From contig JAPLJZ010000252.1 in assembly GCA_026388335.1 (NCBI GenBank), positions 4,862 through 68,861 on the forward strand: a DNA stretch of 64,000 bases, given 5' to 3'. Positions 19,860 through 27,532 of this stretch are shown in pieces. The stretch is from Deltaproteobacteria bacterium (lineage in GTDB: Bacteria; Desulfobacterota; Syntrophia; Syntrophales; UBA8958). The translations under genes were made by a program, and so were the position numbers. Below the pieces are notes generated by a model. The model saw only the letters and a program-made list of their open reading frames with translations. It made no database searches and was not told the DNA's origin. The number at the start of each line of letters is the position of its first letter. Position 1 is the stretch's first letter.

Positions 19860-21806
19860 ATGAACTGCGCAAAAAGGGCATTTATCTGCATAATGATTAT
19901 GGCCGTGATATTTGCCGGCTCATCGGTCCCGGCCCATGCCGGCCAAAGCGCCGAACCCGCTCCCCGACTGGACGCGTTTTTCCTCGGCACTAAAGGCGAA
20001 ACAGGCGATTTCTTTCTCGATATGCTGAACACGATGATGAAAGAGCATATAACTTGGCGACAAAGCTTCCATCCCGAAGATCCGCAGGCCATCAGCGATA
20101 AAAACCTCGCCGCACCGGAAGCAACGGATGCCCGGAAGAAGCTGAAGGAGGTTCTGTCCACGCTCTCCACAAGGCTGCAAAAGGGTTCAAACCCCTGGTT
20201 CTCCCCCCGCTACCTGGGGCACATGAGCGCCGATCTGCTCGTCCCTGGCGTTATCGGCTACATGGCCGCCATGCTCTACAATTCAAACAACGTCGTTTAT
20301 GAAGGCGGGCCGGCTACAACCGAAATGGAACTGGAGGTGGGATTGCAGTTAGCCCGATTACTCGGATACAATCCCGAAAAGGCATGGGGAAACATTACCT
20401 CCGGCGGCACGAACGCCAACTTCCAGGCCCTCTGGTATGCCAGAAACCTGAAATCCTTCCCCTTGGCCGTCAAAGCCGTCATGCCGGAGCTGGTCAAGGG
20501 GCTAAACGAACAACGTCTTCTCAACATGCCGGTAAGCCAGTCCCTGGATCTCCTCGATAAAGTCAAAAACAGCCCCCGCTATGAGACCATCCTTAAACAT
20601 ACCGTCAAAGGAAAAGGCGTTGATCCCAAGAAGCTCGGTAAACTCCTCGTACCTCAATCCAGACACTATTCCTGGGACAAGGCGGCTGATGTCTTCGGTA
20701 TCGGCAGCGAAAACATCATTGCCGTTCCCGTAGATAAAAATTACCGCATGGACATTGAAGCCCTGGATCGGACCATCGCCGGACTGGTCAAGAAAAAGAT
20801 CCCGATCCTGGCCGTAGTATCCGTTCTGGGCAGCACCGAGGAAGGCGCGGTGGACGAAACGCACCGCATAGTCGCCCTGCGGGAAAAATACGCCCGTCGC
20901 GGCATCGGCTTCTATTACCATATTGACGCCGCCTATGGAGGCTACGTCCGCAGCATGTTCATCGACGGATCAGGGGCGTTTATGAGCCTGGCTCAGGTGC
21001 GAAAGACGGCACGGGAGCGTTACCATATTTCTGAAGCCGCAACCTGGCCGCAGGCAAGCGTTTATGATGCATATAAGGCCGTGCCGGAAGCGGATTCCGT
21101 GACTATTGATTGTCATAAGCTCGGCTATATCCCTTACCCCGCCGGAGCGGTTGTCTTCAAAGACAAGCGAATACTGGCGGTTCAGACCTTCCACGCCGCC
21201 TACGTCCAGGATTTGCGCGCCCAGGCCCCGGTGAGCATCGGCCACTATGTCCTCGAAGGATCAAAACCGGGGGCGGCGGCGGCCGCCGCCTGGACAGCGC
21301 ATCAGGTGTTGCCGCTGAACATGGACGGCTATGGACGGCTGCTCGGCCGTACGATCAAGACGGCAAACATGCTATACGAAGCAATGGCCAAAGCGGAACC
21401 TTTCCAGGCGCAAAACGGCCGGACATATAAGTTCGTGCCGCTGGTCAAGCCCGATCTGAACATGGTCGATTACGTGCTCAAGGAAGTCGGCAACCCCGGC
21501 CTGGAAGCCATGAATAAGCTGAACCAGGCCATTTACGACGAGTGCTCCTACGTTTCCGGAGACTTGATGAAAAAGGATTTCATCACCTCCAAGACCGTCT
21601 TTTCTCCGGCGGAATACGGTAACACACCCCTTGATTTCGTTCGGAAGTGCGGGTTAGGCGACGCTGAATGGGAAAAAACACCGTCGGTGCTGGTGCTGAG
21701 ATCAACCATCATGACGCCGTATCTGGCCGATGAAGCCGAATTTGCGTCCTATTTTGACAGGTTGGTTGAAATTATGAAAAAAGTAATCACAAAAGTTGGA
21801 GGGTAG
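19860..21806 (+). CDS. Group II PLP-dependent decarboxylase, tyrosine-decarboxylase-like, with an N-terminal Sec-type signal peptide
   Basis: AAAGGAGG RBS before the ATG at 19860. MNCAKR + AFICIMIMAVIFAG + SSVPAHA|GQ forms n-, h- and c-regions. The rest is collinear with my recollection of Enterococcus TyrDC (LDAFFLG, WRQSFHPED, SGGTNANF, DCHK PLP-lysine). Confidence 0.8.
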   Translation: MNCAKRAFICIMIMAVIFAGSSVPAHAGQSAEPAPRLDAFFLGTKGETGDFFLDMLNTMMKEHITWRQSFHPEDPQAISDKNLAAPEATDARKKLKEVLSTLSTRLQKGSNPWFSPRYLGHMSADLLVPGVIGYMAAMLYNSNNVVYEGGPATTEMELEVGLQLARLLGYNPEKAWGNITSGGTNANFQALWYARNLKSFPLAVKAVMPELVKGLNEQRLLNMPVSQSLDLLDKVKNSPRYETILKHTVKGKGVDPKKLGKLLVPQSRHYSWDKAADVFGIGSENIIAVPVDKNYRMDIEALDRTIAGLVKKKIPILAVVSVLGSTEEGAVDETHRIVALREKYARRGIGFYYHIDAAYGGYVRSMFIDGSGAFMSLAQVRKTARERYHISEAATWPQASVYDAYKAVPEADSVTIDCHKLGYIPYPAGAVVFKDKRILAVQTFHAAYVQDLRAQAPVSIGHYVLEGSKPGAAAAAAWTAHQVLPLNMDGYGRLLGRTIKTANMLYEAMAKAEPFQAQNGRTYKFVPLVKPDLNMVDYVLKEVGNPGLEAMNKLNQAIYDECSYVSGDLMKKDFITSKTVFSPAEYGNTPLDFVRKCGLGDAEWEKTPSVLVLRSTIMTPYLADEAEFASYFDRLVEIMKKVITKVGG

Positions 21807-21861
21807 GTGAAGGGGATGAAATTGCTGTCCGTGCGTGTTTAGGACATTAAAATCGACCTTT

Positions 21862-21990
21862 CAATTTCTCCTGAAAGAAATAGGTCTGCATTTTCTTGAT
21901 ATTGTTGATTTCAAAAGAAAATCGTGATAATCACAACCTGAAATGGGTAGTTGAATAGGCTCCCTCAGATAGGAGATTCTTTATACCGAT
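21862..21990. repeat. Non-coding repeat element, copy A (core 21909-21936)
   Basis: Core TTTCAAAAGAAAATCGTGATAATCACAA matches 35394-35421 at 26/28 positions, with weaker collinear similarity on both sides from the shared CTGAAAG (21871 / 35354). Confidence 0.6.
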
Positions 21991-22028
21991 CCGTTTCATA
22001 ATTTTTATTGGAGATCAGACTACAAGCC

Positions 22029-22946
22029 ATGCATTATGCAGAAGGTGCCCAGACTGCCGTTATTCGTGTAAGCAATTGGGAAGATGCTCGACAAATAGGG
22101 AAATCCCTGAGCCGGTGGCTGTTCAGAGGCCAAGGGAAGGCCGAGTGGTCCTTGAAATCATCTCTTGAACGTGCCTTCGAAAACATAGGGATTCCCATCG
22201 TCGATACTAAATACGCTATTGAAGAGATGATAATAATCGACTTCAAATCTGCTGCACATCTTTTCTCAACACATGTACCAAAAGATAAAGACACTATTGC
22301 TTGGCTGAGTTTGATCCGTCATCATGGGGGACCCACTAGACTTCTTGATTTTACAGAATCTTTTTATGTCGCCGCTTATTTCGCGCTTGATGGTGCGACC
22401 GAGGATTGTGCAATCTGGGCGTTCAATCGCAGAGCCTTCGTTAAAAGAGTTAGTGATGATATTGATAGCTTATGCAAACAATTCAAGATTGATCATGACA
22501 TTTCGTTAGAACAAAGGTTGGATGAAATCTTAAGGAGAGCTATTGCGGGAGAGGTCAATAACAATATTGTCATTACCATGGCACCATCTCAGCGAAACGA
22601 AAGACAATTCGTCCAGCAAGGATTGGCAATAATTCCTCTAAACCTGCGTAATGGGTACATGGGAGCCCTTCTTGGTTCTTTCGATCCGCCCGGAAGGATG
22701 CCGAATGAGAACCAGATGCAGAAAGTTAATCTCGAAGAAGCTTTACTTCTACTCCAGAACTCAAAGCTCGTCAAAATTGTAATGACAGAAGACTGCCTCC
22801 TTGATGCGAGATTAGACTTGAAGCAAATGAACATCGGTGGTGCTACCCTCTTTAGGGGTCTTGATGGTTTAGGTAAGCACTCTTATGATATTCTAACCAT
22901 ACTTGAAAAACATCTAAAAGATCGGAGAGACCAAACAAACAGTTAA
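22029..22946 (+). CDS. FRG domain-containing protein
   Basis: WLFRGQ...LKSSLER, RHHGGPTRLLDFTES.YVAAYFAL and NERQFVQQGLAI match the FRG-domain signature. Lower GC than the flanks. An alternative TTG start lies at 22008. Confidence 0.8.
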   Translation: MHYAEGAQTAVIRVSNWEDARQIGKSLSRWLFRGQGKAEWSLKSSLERAFENIGIPIVDTKYAIEEMIIIDFKSAAHLFSTHVPKDKDTIAWLSLIRHHGGPTRLLDFTESFYVAAYFALDGATEDCAIWAFNRRAFVKRVSDDIDSLCKQFKIDHDISLEQRLDEILRRAIAGEVNNNIVITMAPSQRNERQFVQQGLAIIPLNLRNGYMGALLGSFDPPGRMPNENQMQKVNLEEALLLLQNSKLVKIVMTEDCLLDARLDLKQMNIGGATLFRGLDGLGKHSYDILTILEKHLKDRRDQTNS

Positions 22947-23097
22947 AGATAGATCGGCAAATCCGATACGCTCCTTTGCCGTCCGCTTAACCGCGGCGCT
23001 ACTCTCTTTCGATACGGAATATCCATATCCAAGAATTTAAAAAAAGTATTTGTTTGTAAGAGAGCCATTCAACATTTTAAGCATGGTTAAAATAAAC

Positions 23098-23790
23098 ATG
23101 AAAATGTCAAAATTTCCCGAAACCGCTTATGTTCTCCTTTCCGGAGGGCAAGATTCCTTTGTATGCCTGGTATGGGCATTACAGAATTTTAAAACTGTGG
23201 AAACCGTCAGCATCAACTATGGCCAGCGACATAGCCGGGAATTGGATTATGCCGCCAAAATTGCTGCTCATTTTGAGGTACGGCACACCGTCTACGATAT
23301 CGGAAACTTCATGAAAGCGATTGCCGACAGCACCCTGCTCAATCAGGGCGACCATCGTCATAGCCATCCGTTAGCCGCTAACCTGCCGGCGAGTTTTGTC
23401 CCCAACCGGAACGGATTGTTTCTGACGATCATTTCCAATCATGCCTTTCGAAACGGCGAGAAACGGATCAATTTAGTTACAGGTACTTGCGAGACGGACT
23501 TTTCCGGGTATCCGGACTGCCGCGACAATTATATCAAAGCAAAAGCCGTGGAACTTTCCCTTGGCCTCGACCGTCCGGTAACCATTTACACCCCCTTGAT
23601 GTGGAAAAACAAGGCCCAGGTCTTTGAAATGGCTTATAACGCGGGTAAAATCAAAGAATTACTGGAACTTACCTTGACCTGCTATAATGGCGATGAACAC
23701 ATGAATGCATGGGGCCGTGGTTGTGGTCAATGTCCGGCCTGCCAGCTCCGGGAAAAAGGCTTCGAAGAATTCCGGGCAATGATCAAATAA
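23098..23790 (+). CDS. queC: 7-cyano-7-deazaguanine (preQ0) synthase
   Basis: SGGQDS PP-loop; C-terminal Zn cluster CYNG...CGQCPACQLR. Confidence 0.9.
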   Translation: MKMSKFPETAYVLLSGGQDSFVCLVWALQNFKTVETVSINYGQRHSRELDYAAKIAAHFEVRHTVYDIGNFMKAIADSTLLNQGDHRHSHPLAANLPASFVPNRNGLFLTIISNHAFRNGEKRINLVTGTCETDFSGYPDCRDNYIKAKAVELSLGLDRPVTIYTPLMWKNKAQVFEMAYNAGKIKELLELTLTCYNGDEHMNAWGRGCGQCPACQLREKGFEEFRAMIK

Positions 23791-23800
23791 CATCTATTCG

Positions 23801-24511
23801 ATGGAAGCAAATAAAGACATCTATTATTTATCCGAACACTTTGTATCCATTCAGGGTGAAGGGAACTATGCCGGGCTAAACAGCCTTTTCCTCCGTTTTC
23901 ATTTCTGTAATTTGACCTGTACCTGGTGCGATACCAAGTATACATGGTTTGCCGATTCCGGCAAATTTCAGCCTTATTCTTCCGAACAACTTAAAGCGCT
24001 AATTAGCGAGCACAATACCCGGCATATAATTTTAACCGGGGGTGAGCCGACTCTTTACCGCCTTGACAACCTTGTCGTGCCAGGGAAAAAATATCACGTA
24101 GAGAGCAACGGCGTTTTTATCCCCACCAAGCCCTTAGCTGTCACCATAGCCGACAGGACGGCTTTTAGGCGGGAGGGAATGGACGAATCCGTAATACGTC
24201 ATTTTAATTGGGTAATCTCGCCTAAATTGTCAAACGCGCGGCAACAAATCAACGCGCAAAGCCTAAGTTTTTGGGCAGAAAAGGATTATTGCGTATTTAA
24301 ATTCATCATTCGGGATGAGTCGGATTTAGACGAGATAGAAGGTACTTTAAAAAGGTTTAACATTGCCGGGAATAAAGTGTATGTTGGCCTGGAAGGGCAA
24401 AGCCTGGAATCGCAATTAAAACCGGCCTTGGTTGATGAAATAATCAGACGCGGCCTTAACTTTTCGCCGCGCCTGCATGTGATGCTATGGGGCGCAAGGA
24501 GAGGGAAATGA
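23801..24511 (+). CDS. queE: 7-carboxy-7-deazaguanine synthase (radical SAM)
   Basis: SIQGEG and the CNLTCTWCDTKY cluster; 236 aa. Confidence 0.85.
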   Translation: MEANKDIYYLSEHFVSIQGEGNYAGLNSLFLRFHFCNLTCTWCDTKYTWFADSGKFQPYSSEQLKALISEHNTRHIILTGGEPTLYRLDNLVVPGKKYHVESNGVFIPTKPLAVTIADRTAFRREGMDESVIRHFNWVISPKLSNARQQINAQSLSFWAEKDYCVFKFIIRDESDLDEIEGTLKRFNIAGNKVYVGLEGQSLESQLKPALVDEIIRRGLNFSPRLHVMLWGARRGK

Positions 24512-24569
24512 ACAATATTCCGGCAATCCGAATCGTAGCGGAAATTCGGCAAAATTATGGGGTACATGG

Positions 24570-24986
24570 ATGAAATACGTAATTAGTAGAACTTTTAAAT
24601 TTGAGGCCGCCCACCGGCTATTGAAAAATTATACCGGCAAGTGCACCAGTAATCACGGCCATTCCTGGGTGATCAAGCTGCATCTGGAAGGCGATAATCT
24701 CGATGATAAGGACATGCTCATTGACTTTCAGGAGTTGAAAATCCTGAAATCCTGGATTGATGAAAACCTGGACCATGCCTCTCTGCTATGGGAAAATGAC
24801 CCGATGTGCCAATATATTAAAGAATCGGGACAACGAATTTATGTCACGAAAAAGAACCCCACCTCCGAGCACATTGCGGAAATAGTCTTGCATGAGGCGA
24901 TCCGGTTATTCGAAAATTCGAGAATCAAGGTACAATGCGTAGAGGTAAATGAAACCTGCACCACCGGGGCAAAGATAATTCCCTGA
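24570..24986 (+). CDS. queD: 6-carboxy-5,6,7,8-tetrahydropterin synthase
   Basis: FEAAHRL and C.SNHGHSW motifs; 138 aa. Confidence 0.9.
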   Translation: MKYVISRTFKFEAAHRLLKNYTGKCTSNHGHSWVIKLHLEGDNLDDKDMLIDFQELKILKSWIDENLDHASLLWENDPMCQYIKESGQRIYVTKKNPTSEHIAEIVLHEAIRLFENSRIKVQCVEVNETCTTGAKIIP

Positions 24987-25029
24987 TACCAAATAACCGT
25001 TGATAATTTGGGGGGCTTAAGAACATCTT

Positions 25030-25428
25030 ATGGAAAACTTTCATTATTTGGGTAAAAAAGTAAACGCGCCTTCCAAACAGCTTGATACCTTTCCCAAACC
25101 CGTGCACGTGCAAACAGTGAAATTCGAGAGTAATGAACTGACCAGCGTCTGCCCGGTCACTCATCAGCCCGACTTCAATACCGTAACTATTGAATTTGCA
25201 CCGGATAAACTTTGTATCGAAAGCAAAAGTCTAAAACTTTACCTCTGGTCGTTCCGCGAAGAGCCCATATTTGCGGAAGGATTGGCCAATATGATCGCCG
25301 AAGACATTTTCACTGCCGTTCAGCCTTTCTGGTGCAGGATAACGCTGGTGCAAAATATCAGGGGGGGGATGCAGTTATCTGTTGTTGCTGAAAAAAAAGC
25401 AGTGGCATTTTTAAGGGAGATTGATTAA
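25030..25428 (+). CDS. queF: NADPH-dependent preQ0 reductase (type I QueF)
   Basis: Catalytic CPVTHQPDF and the ESKSLKLYLWSFR QueF motif; 132 aa. Confidence 0.9.
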   Translation: MENFHYLGKKVNAPSKQLDTFPKPVHVQTVKFESNELTSVCPVTHQPDFNTVTIEFAPDKLCIESKSLKLYLWSFREEPIFAEGLANMIAEDIFTAVQPFWCRITLVQNIRGGMQLSVVAEKKAVAFLREID

Positions 25429-25462
25429 GGAGGGGCACCAATATTGAAGGAGTAATTTTTTT

Positions 25463-26314
25463 ATGACCAAAGCAACAAAACCTGCGTCCTTTCGCGGGGC
25501 ATCCCGCTATGTCCTCGATGATGAATTGGCAAAAATCGTCAATGTTTCCATGGCCCTGGAAATGCCTCTCCTCCTGAAGGGGGAACCGGGCACGGGCAAG
25601 ACCATGCTGGCCCATGCCATCACGGAAAGCATGAAGATGCCCCTCATCACCTTGAATGTGAAATCGAGCATGAAGCTCGTCGAGGCCCTCTATCAGTACG
25701 ACACCCTGACCCGCCTCAACGACAGCCGTTTCGGCGATTCCCAGCGGGATGTCAGCGATATCGAGGCCTACATCCGCATGGGAAAGATCGGTCAGGCCTT
25801 TGTCTCCGATGTCCGAACCGTCCTTTTGATCGACGAAATCGACAAGGCCGACACGGACTTTCAGGACGACATGCTGGACGTCCTCGATCAGATGCAATTC
25901 GACATCATCGAGATCGACAAGACCATCACGGCCAAGCAGCGTCCGGTGATCATCATCACCTCGAACGCGAAAAAGGATCTCTCCGACCCCTTCCTGGGAC
26001 GCTGCAACTTCCACCACATCGCCTTCCCCGATCCGGAAATGATGCACCTGATCATCAATGTCCATTTCCCCAACATCGACGAGGAACTCGTGGGGGCCTC
26101 CGTCGCCGCCTTCTACCGTCTCCGGGAATTGCGGGGGATCGAGAAGAAACCGGCGACCCGGGAACTGATCAACTGGCTCCGGGCCTTGAAGAACGACCCC
26201 GATTTTCGGCCCAAGGTCCTGCAACAGGGCAAGGTTCCCTACCTCGGCATCCTCTTCAAGAAAAGCGCCGATCTTATCCAGGCGGCGCAGCAGTTGGGCA
26301 GGAGCGCGTTATAA
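25463..26314 (+). CDS. MoxR-like AAA+ ATPase (pair 1)
   Basis: Walker A GEPGTGKT and Walker B LLIDEIDK; 283 aa. AAGGAG RBS. GC content returns to background here. Confidence 0.85.
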   Translation: MTKATKPASFRGASRYVLDDELAKIVNVSMALEMPLLLKGEPGTGKTMLAHAITESMKMPLITLNVKSSMKLVEALYQYDTLTRLNDSRFGDSQRDVSDIEAYIRMGKIGQAFVSDVRTVLLIDEIDKADTDFQDDMLDVLDQMQFDIIEIDKTITAKQRPVIIITSNAKKDLSDPFLGRCNFHHIAFPDPEMMHLIINVHFPNIDEELVGASVAAFYRLRELRGIEKKPATRELINWLRALKNDPDFRPKVLQQGKVPYLGILFKKSADLIQAAQQLGRSAL

Positions 26315-27417
26315 TGTTTGTCGATTTTTTCTATACCCTCCGGGACCGGGGAATTCCGGTCACCCCCACCTCGTTTCTGTACTTCGACAGCTACGATCAG
26401 ATCTTTGCCCATCATTTCAAGGGGGTGGAGCTTCATGATCCTACGGCCGTCGAATTGACGGAAATCGCCCGGGCTATGCTCGACGAATGGCTGAAAAATC
26501 CGGGGGATATGGCCAAGGCTCTGGGGTTGGATGAGGCAGAGTTGCAGAAAATGACGCCGGAGGAGTTGATCCAGTATTTTCTCGACCGCCTGAAGGAACA
26601 GACGGAGGCCCACCACGGGGGCAACAGATGGATCGGGACGCGGGGAACGTCACCCGTCGGTCACTCCGGGCATCATCCCGGGGGGATGCGCGTGGGCGGC
26701 CGTTCCATGAACAAATCCGCCATCAAGGTTGCCCTGGAGCGGCGTTACCGGGACTATTCCCAGGAGGGACCCCTCACGGAATTTCAAATGGGTGAAGCCC
26801 TGAAGAGGCTCCGGCGGATGACGCCCACCGGGCCCAAGGACATCGTCAATGTCGATAAAACCATCTATCAGACCATGCGCAACGCCGGGGAGATCGAGAT
26901 CGTCTTCGACCGCCGTCTGAAGGACCGCATGAAGATTGTCCTCCTCATCGACAATGGCGGCTGGTCCATGGAACCCTATGTGGGAATCGTCCAGACCCTG
27001 TTCCATTACGCCCGGTCCCAGTTCAAGGATCTCAAGATCTATTTTTTCCACAACACGATCTACAGCCGCGTCTGGGCGGACCCCCAGCGGTATCACAAGC
27101 CCGAACTCCTGGAAGAGTTCATCAGAAAAGATCCGGAAACGAGGCTGATCATGGTCGAGGACGCCAGCATGGCCCCCTATGAACTCATGCATATCAACGG
27201 GTCCATTTATGTCGATCAGCAACCCACCGGGGCCGGCATCGACCGGATGAAATTCCTCGCCCGGACCTTCCGGCACGCCGTCTGGCTCAATCCTGTCCCC
27301 CAGGACGAATGGGAGATGACCTGGACGATCGGCATCGTCCGGCAGGTCTTCCCCATGTTCGAACTGACCCTGGACGGCCTGGAAAAGTCCATTCTCCACC
27401 TCATGGCGAAGCACTGA
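26314..27417 (+). CDS. VWA domain-containing CoxE-like protein (pair 1)
   Basis: TAATG overlap with the ATPase. GGNRWIGTRGTSPVG segment and a C-terminal VWA-like LLIDNGGWSM region. Confidence 0.75.
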   Translation: MFVDFFYTLRDRGIPVTPTSFLYFDSYDQIFAHHFKGVELHDPTAVELTEIARAMLDEWLKNPGDMAKALGLDEAELQKMTPEELIQYFLDRLKEQTEAHHGGNRWIGTRGTSPVGHSGHHPGGMRVGGRSMNKSAIKVALERRYRDYSQEGPLTEFQMGEALKRLRRMTPTGPKDIVNVDKTIYQTMRNAGEIEIVFDRRLKDRMKIVLLIDNGGWSMEPYVGIVQTLFHYARSQFKDLKIYFFHNTIYSRVWADPQRYHKPELLEEFIRKDPETRLIMVEDASMAPYELMHINGSIYVDQQPTGAGIDRMKFLARTFRHAVWLNPVPQDEWEMTWTIGIVRQVFPMFELTLDGLEKSILHLMAKH

Positions 27418-27440
27418 TATCTTTCCTGGCACTTTCCCGA

Positions 27441-27469
27441 TTGACATGCCGCGGGGGAAACCCTATGAT
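27441..27469 (+). promoter_or_regulatory. Candidate sigma70-type promoter for ccdA-tlpA, embedded in a 9-bp inverted repeat
   Basis: TTGACA (27441-46), 17-nt spacer, TATGAT (27464-69). GATTGACAT (27439-47) and ATGTCAATC (27468-76) form an inverted repeat. Confidence 0.4.
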
Positions 27470-27532
27470 GTCAATCAAATAAAATGCGACACATAATTGA
27501 TATGCCGCAGCCTGTTTCTACAGATCTTGGCC

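Noticed and set aside
22947-23097. Possible preQ1 riboswitch upstream of queC
   Set aside because: An A-rich run (TTTAAAAAAAGTA) is present. I could not fold a preceding P1 hairpin with the conserved C-rich 3' strand followed by AAAAAACUA, so there is no support without a covariance-model scan.
25361-25368. G8 homopolymer inside queF as a phase-variation switch
   Set aside because: The run encodes the conserved R-G-G of QueF (AGG GGG GGG), so conserved residues plus codon choice explain it. There is no evidence of length variation.
21807-25440. Calling the FRG-queCEDF island a Dpd-type 7-deazaguanine DNA-modification or defence system
   Set aside because: The defining DpdA/TGT-like transglycosylase and the DpdB-K helicase/ATPase genes are absent from the window. 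QueF points to ordinary preQ1 supply. I kept this only as a low-prior hypothesis in the findings.
25358-26224. Long antisense ORFs opposite well-supported genes. This 288-aa ORF is one; others are 26650-27447, 45645-46586, 47032-47961, 6139-7110, 3647-4432, 4368-5234, 39644-40435, 44121-44864 and 96-848.
   Set aside because: They are typical shadow ORFs of GC-rich DNA. Their translations are low-complexity (G/R/P/D/H-rich), lack RBSs and recognisable motifs, and each lies fully inside a gene with clear family signatures on the other strand.
27426-27445. Sigma-54 promoter (TGGCAC...) upstream of ccdA
   Set aside because: TGGCAC is present, but the -12 element (TTGC five nt downstream) is missing (TGGCACTTTCCCGAT). 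A sigma70-like TTGACA-17-TATGAT fits better.
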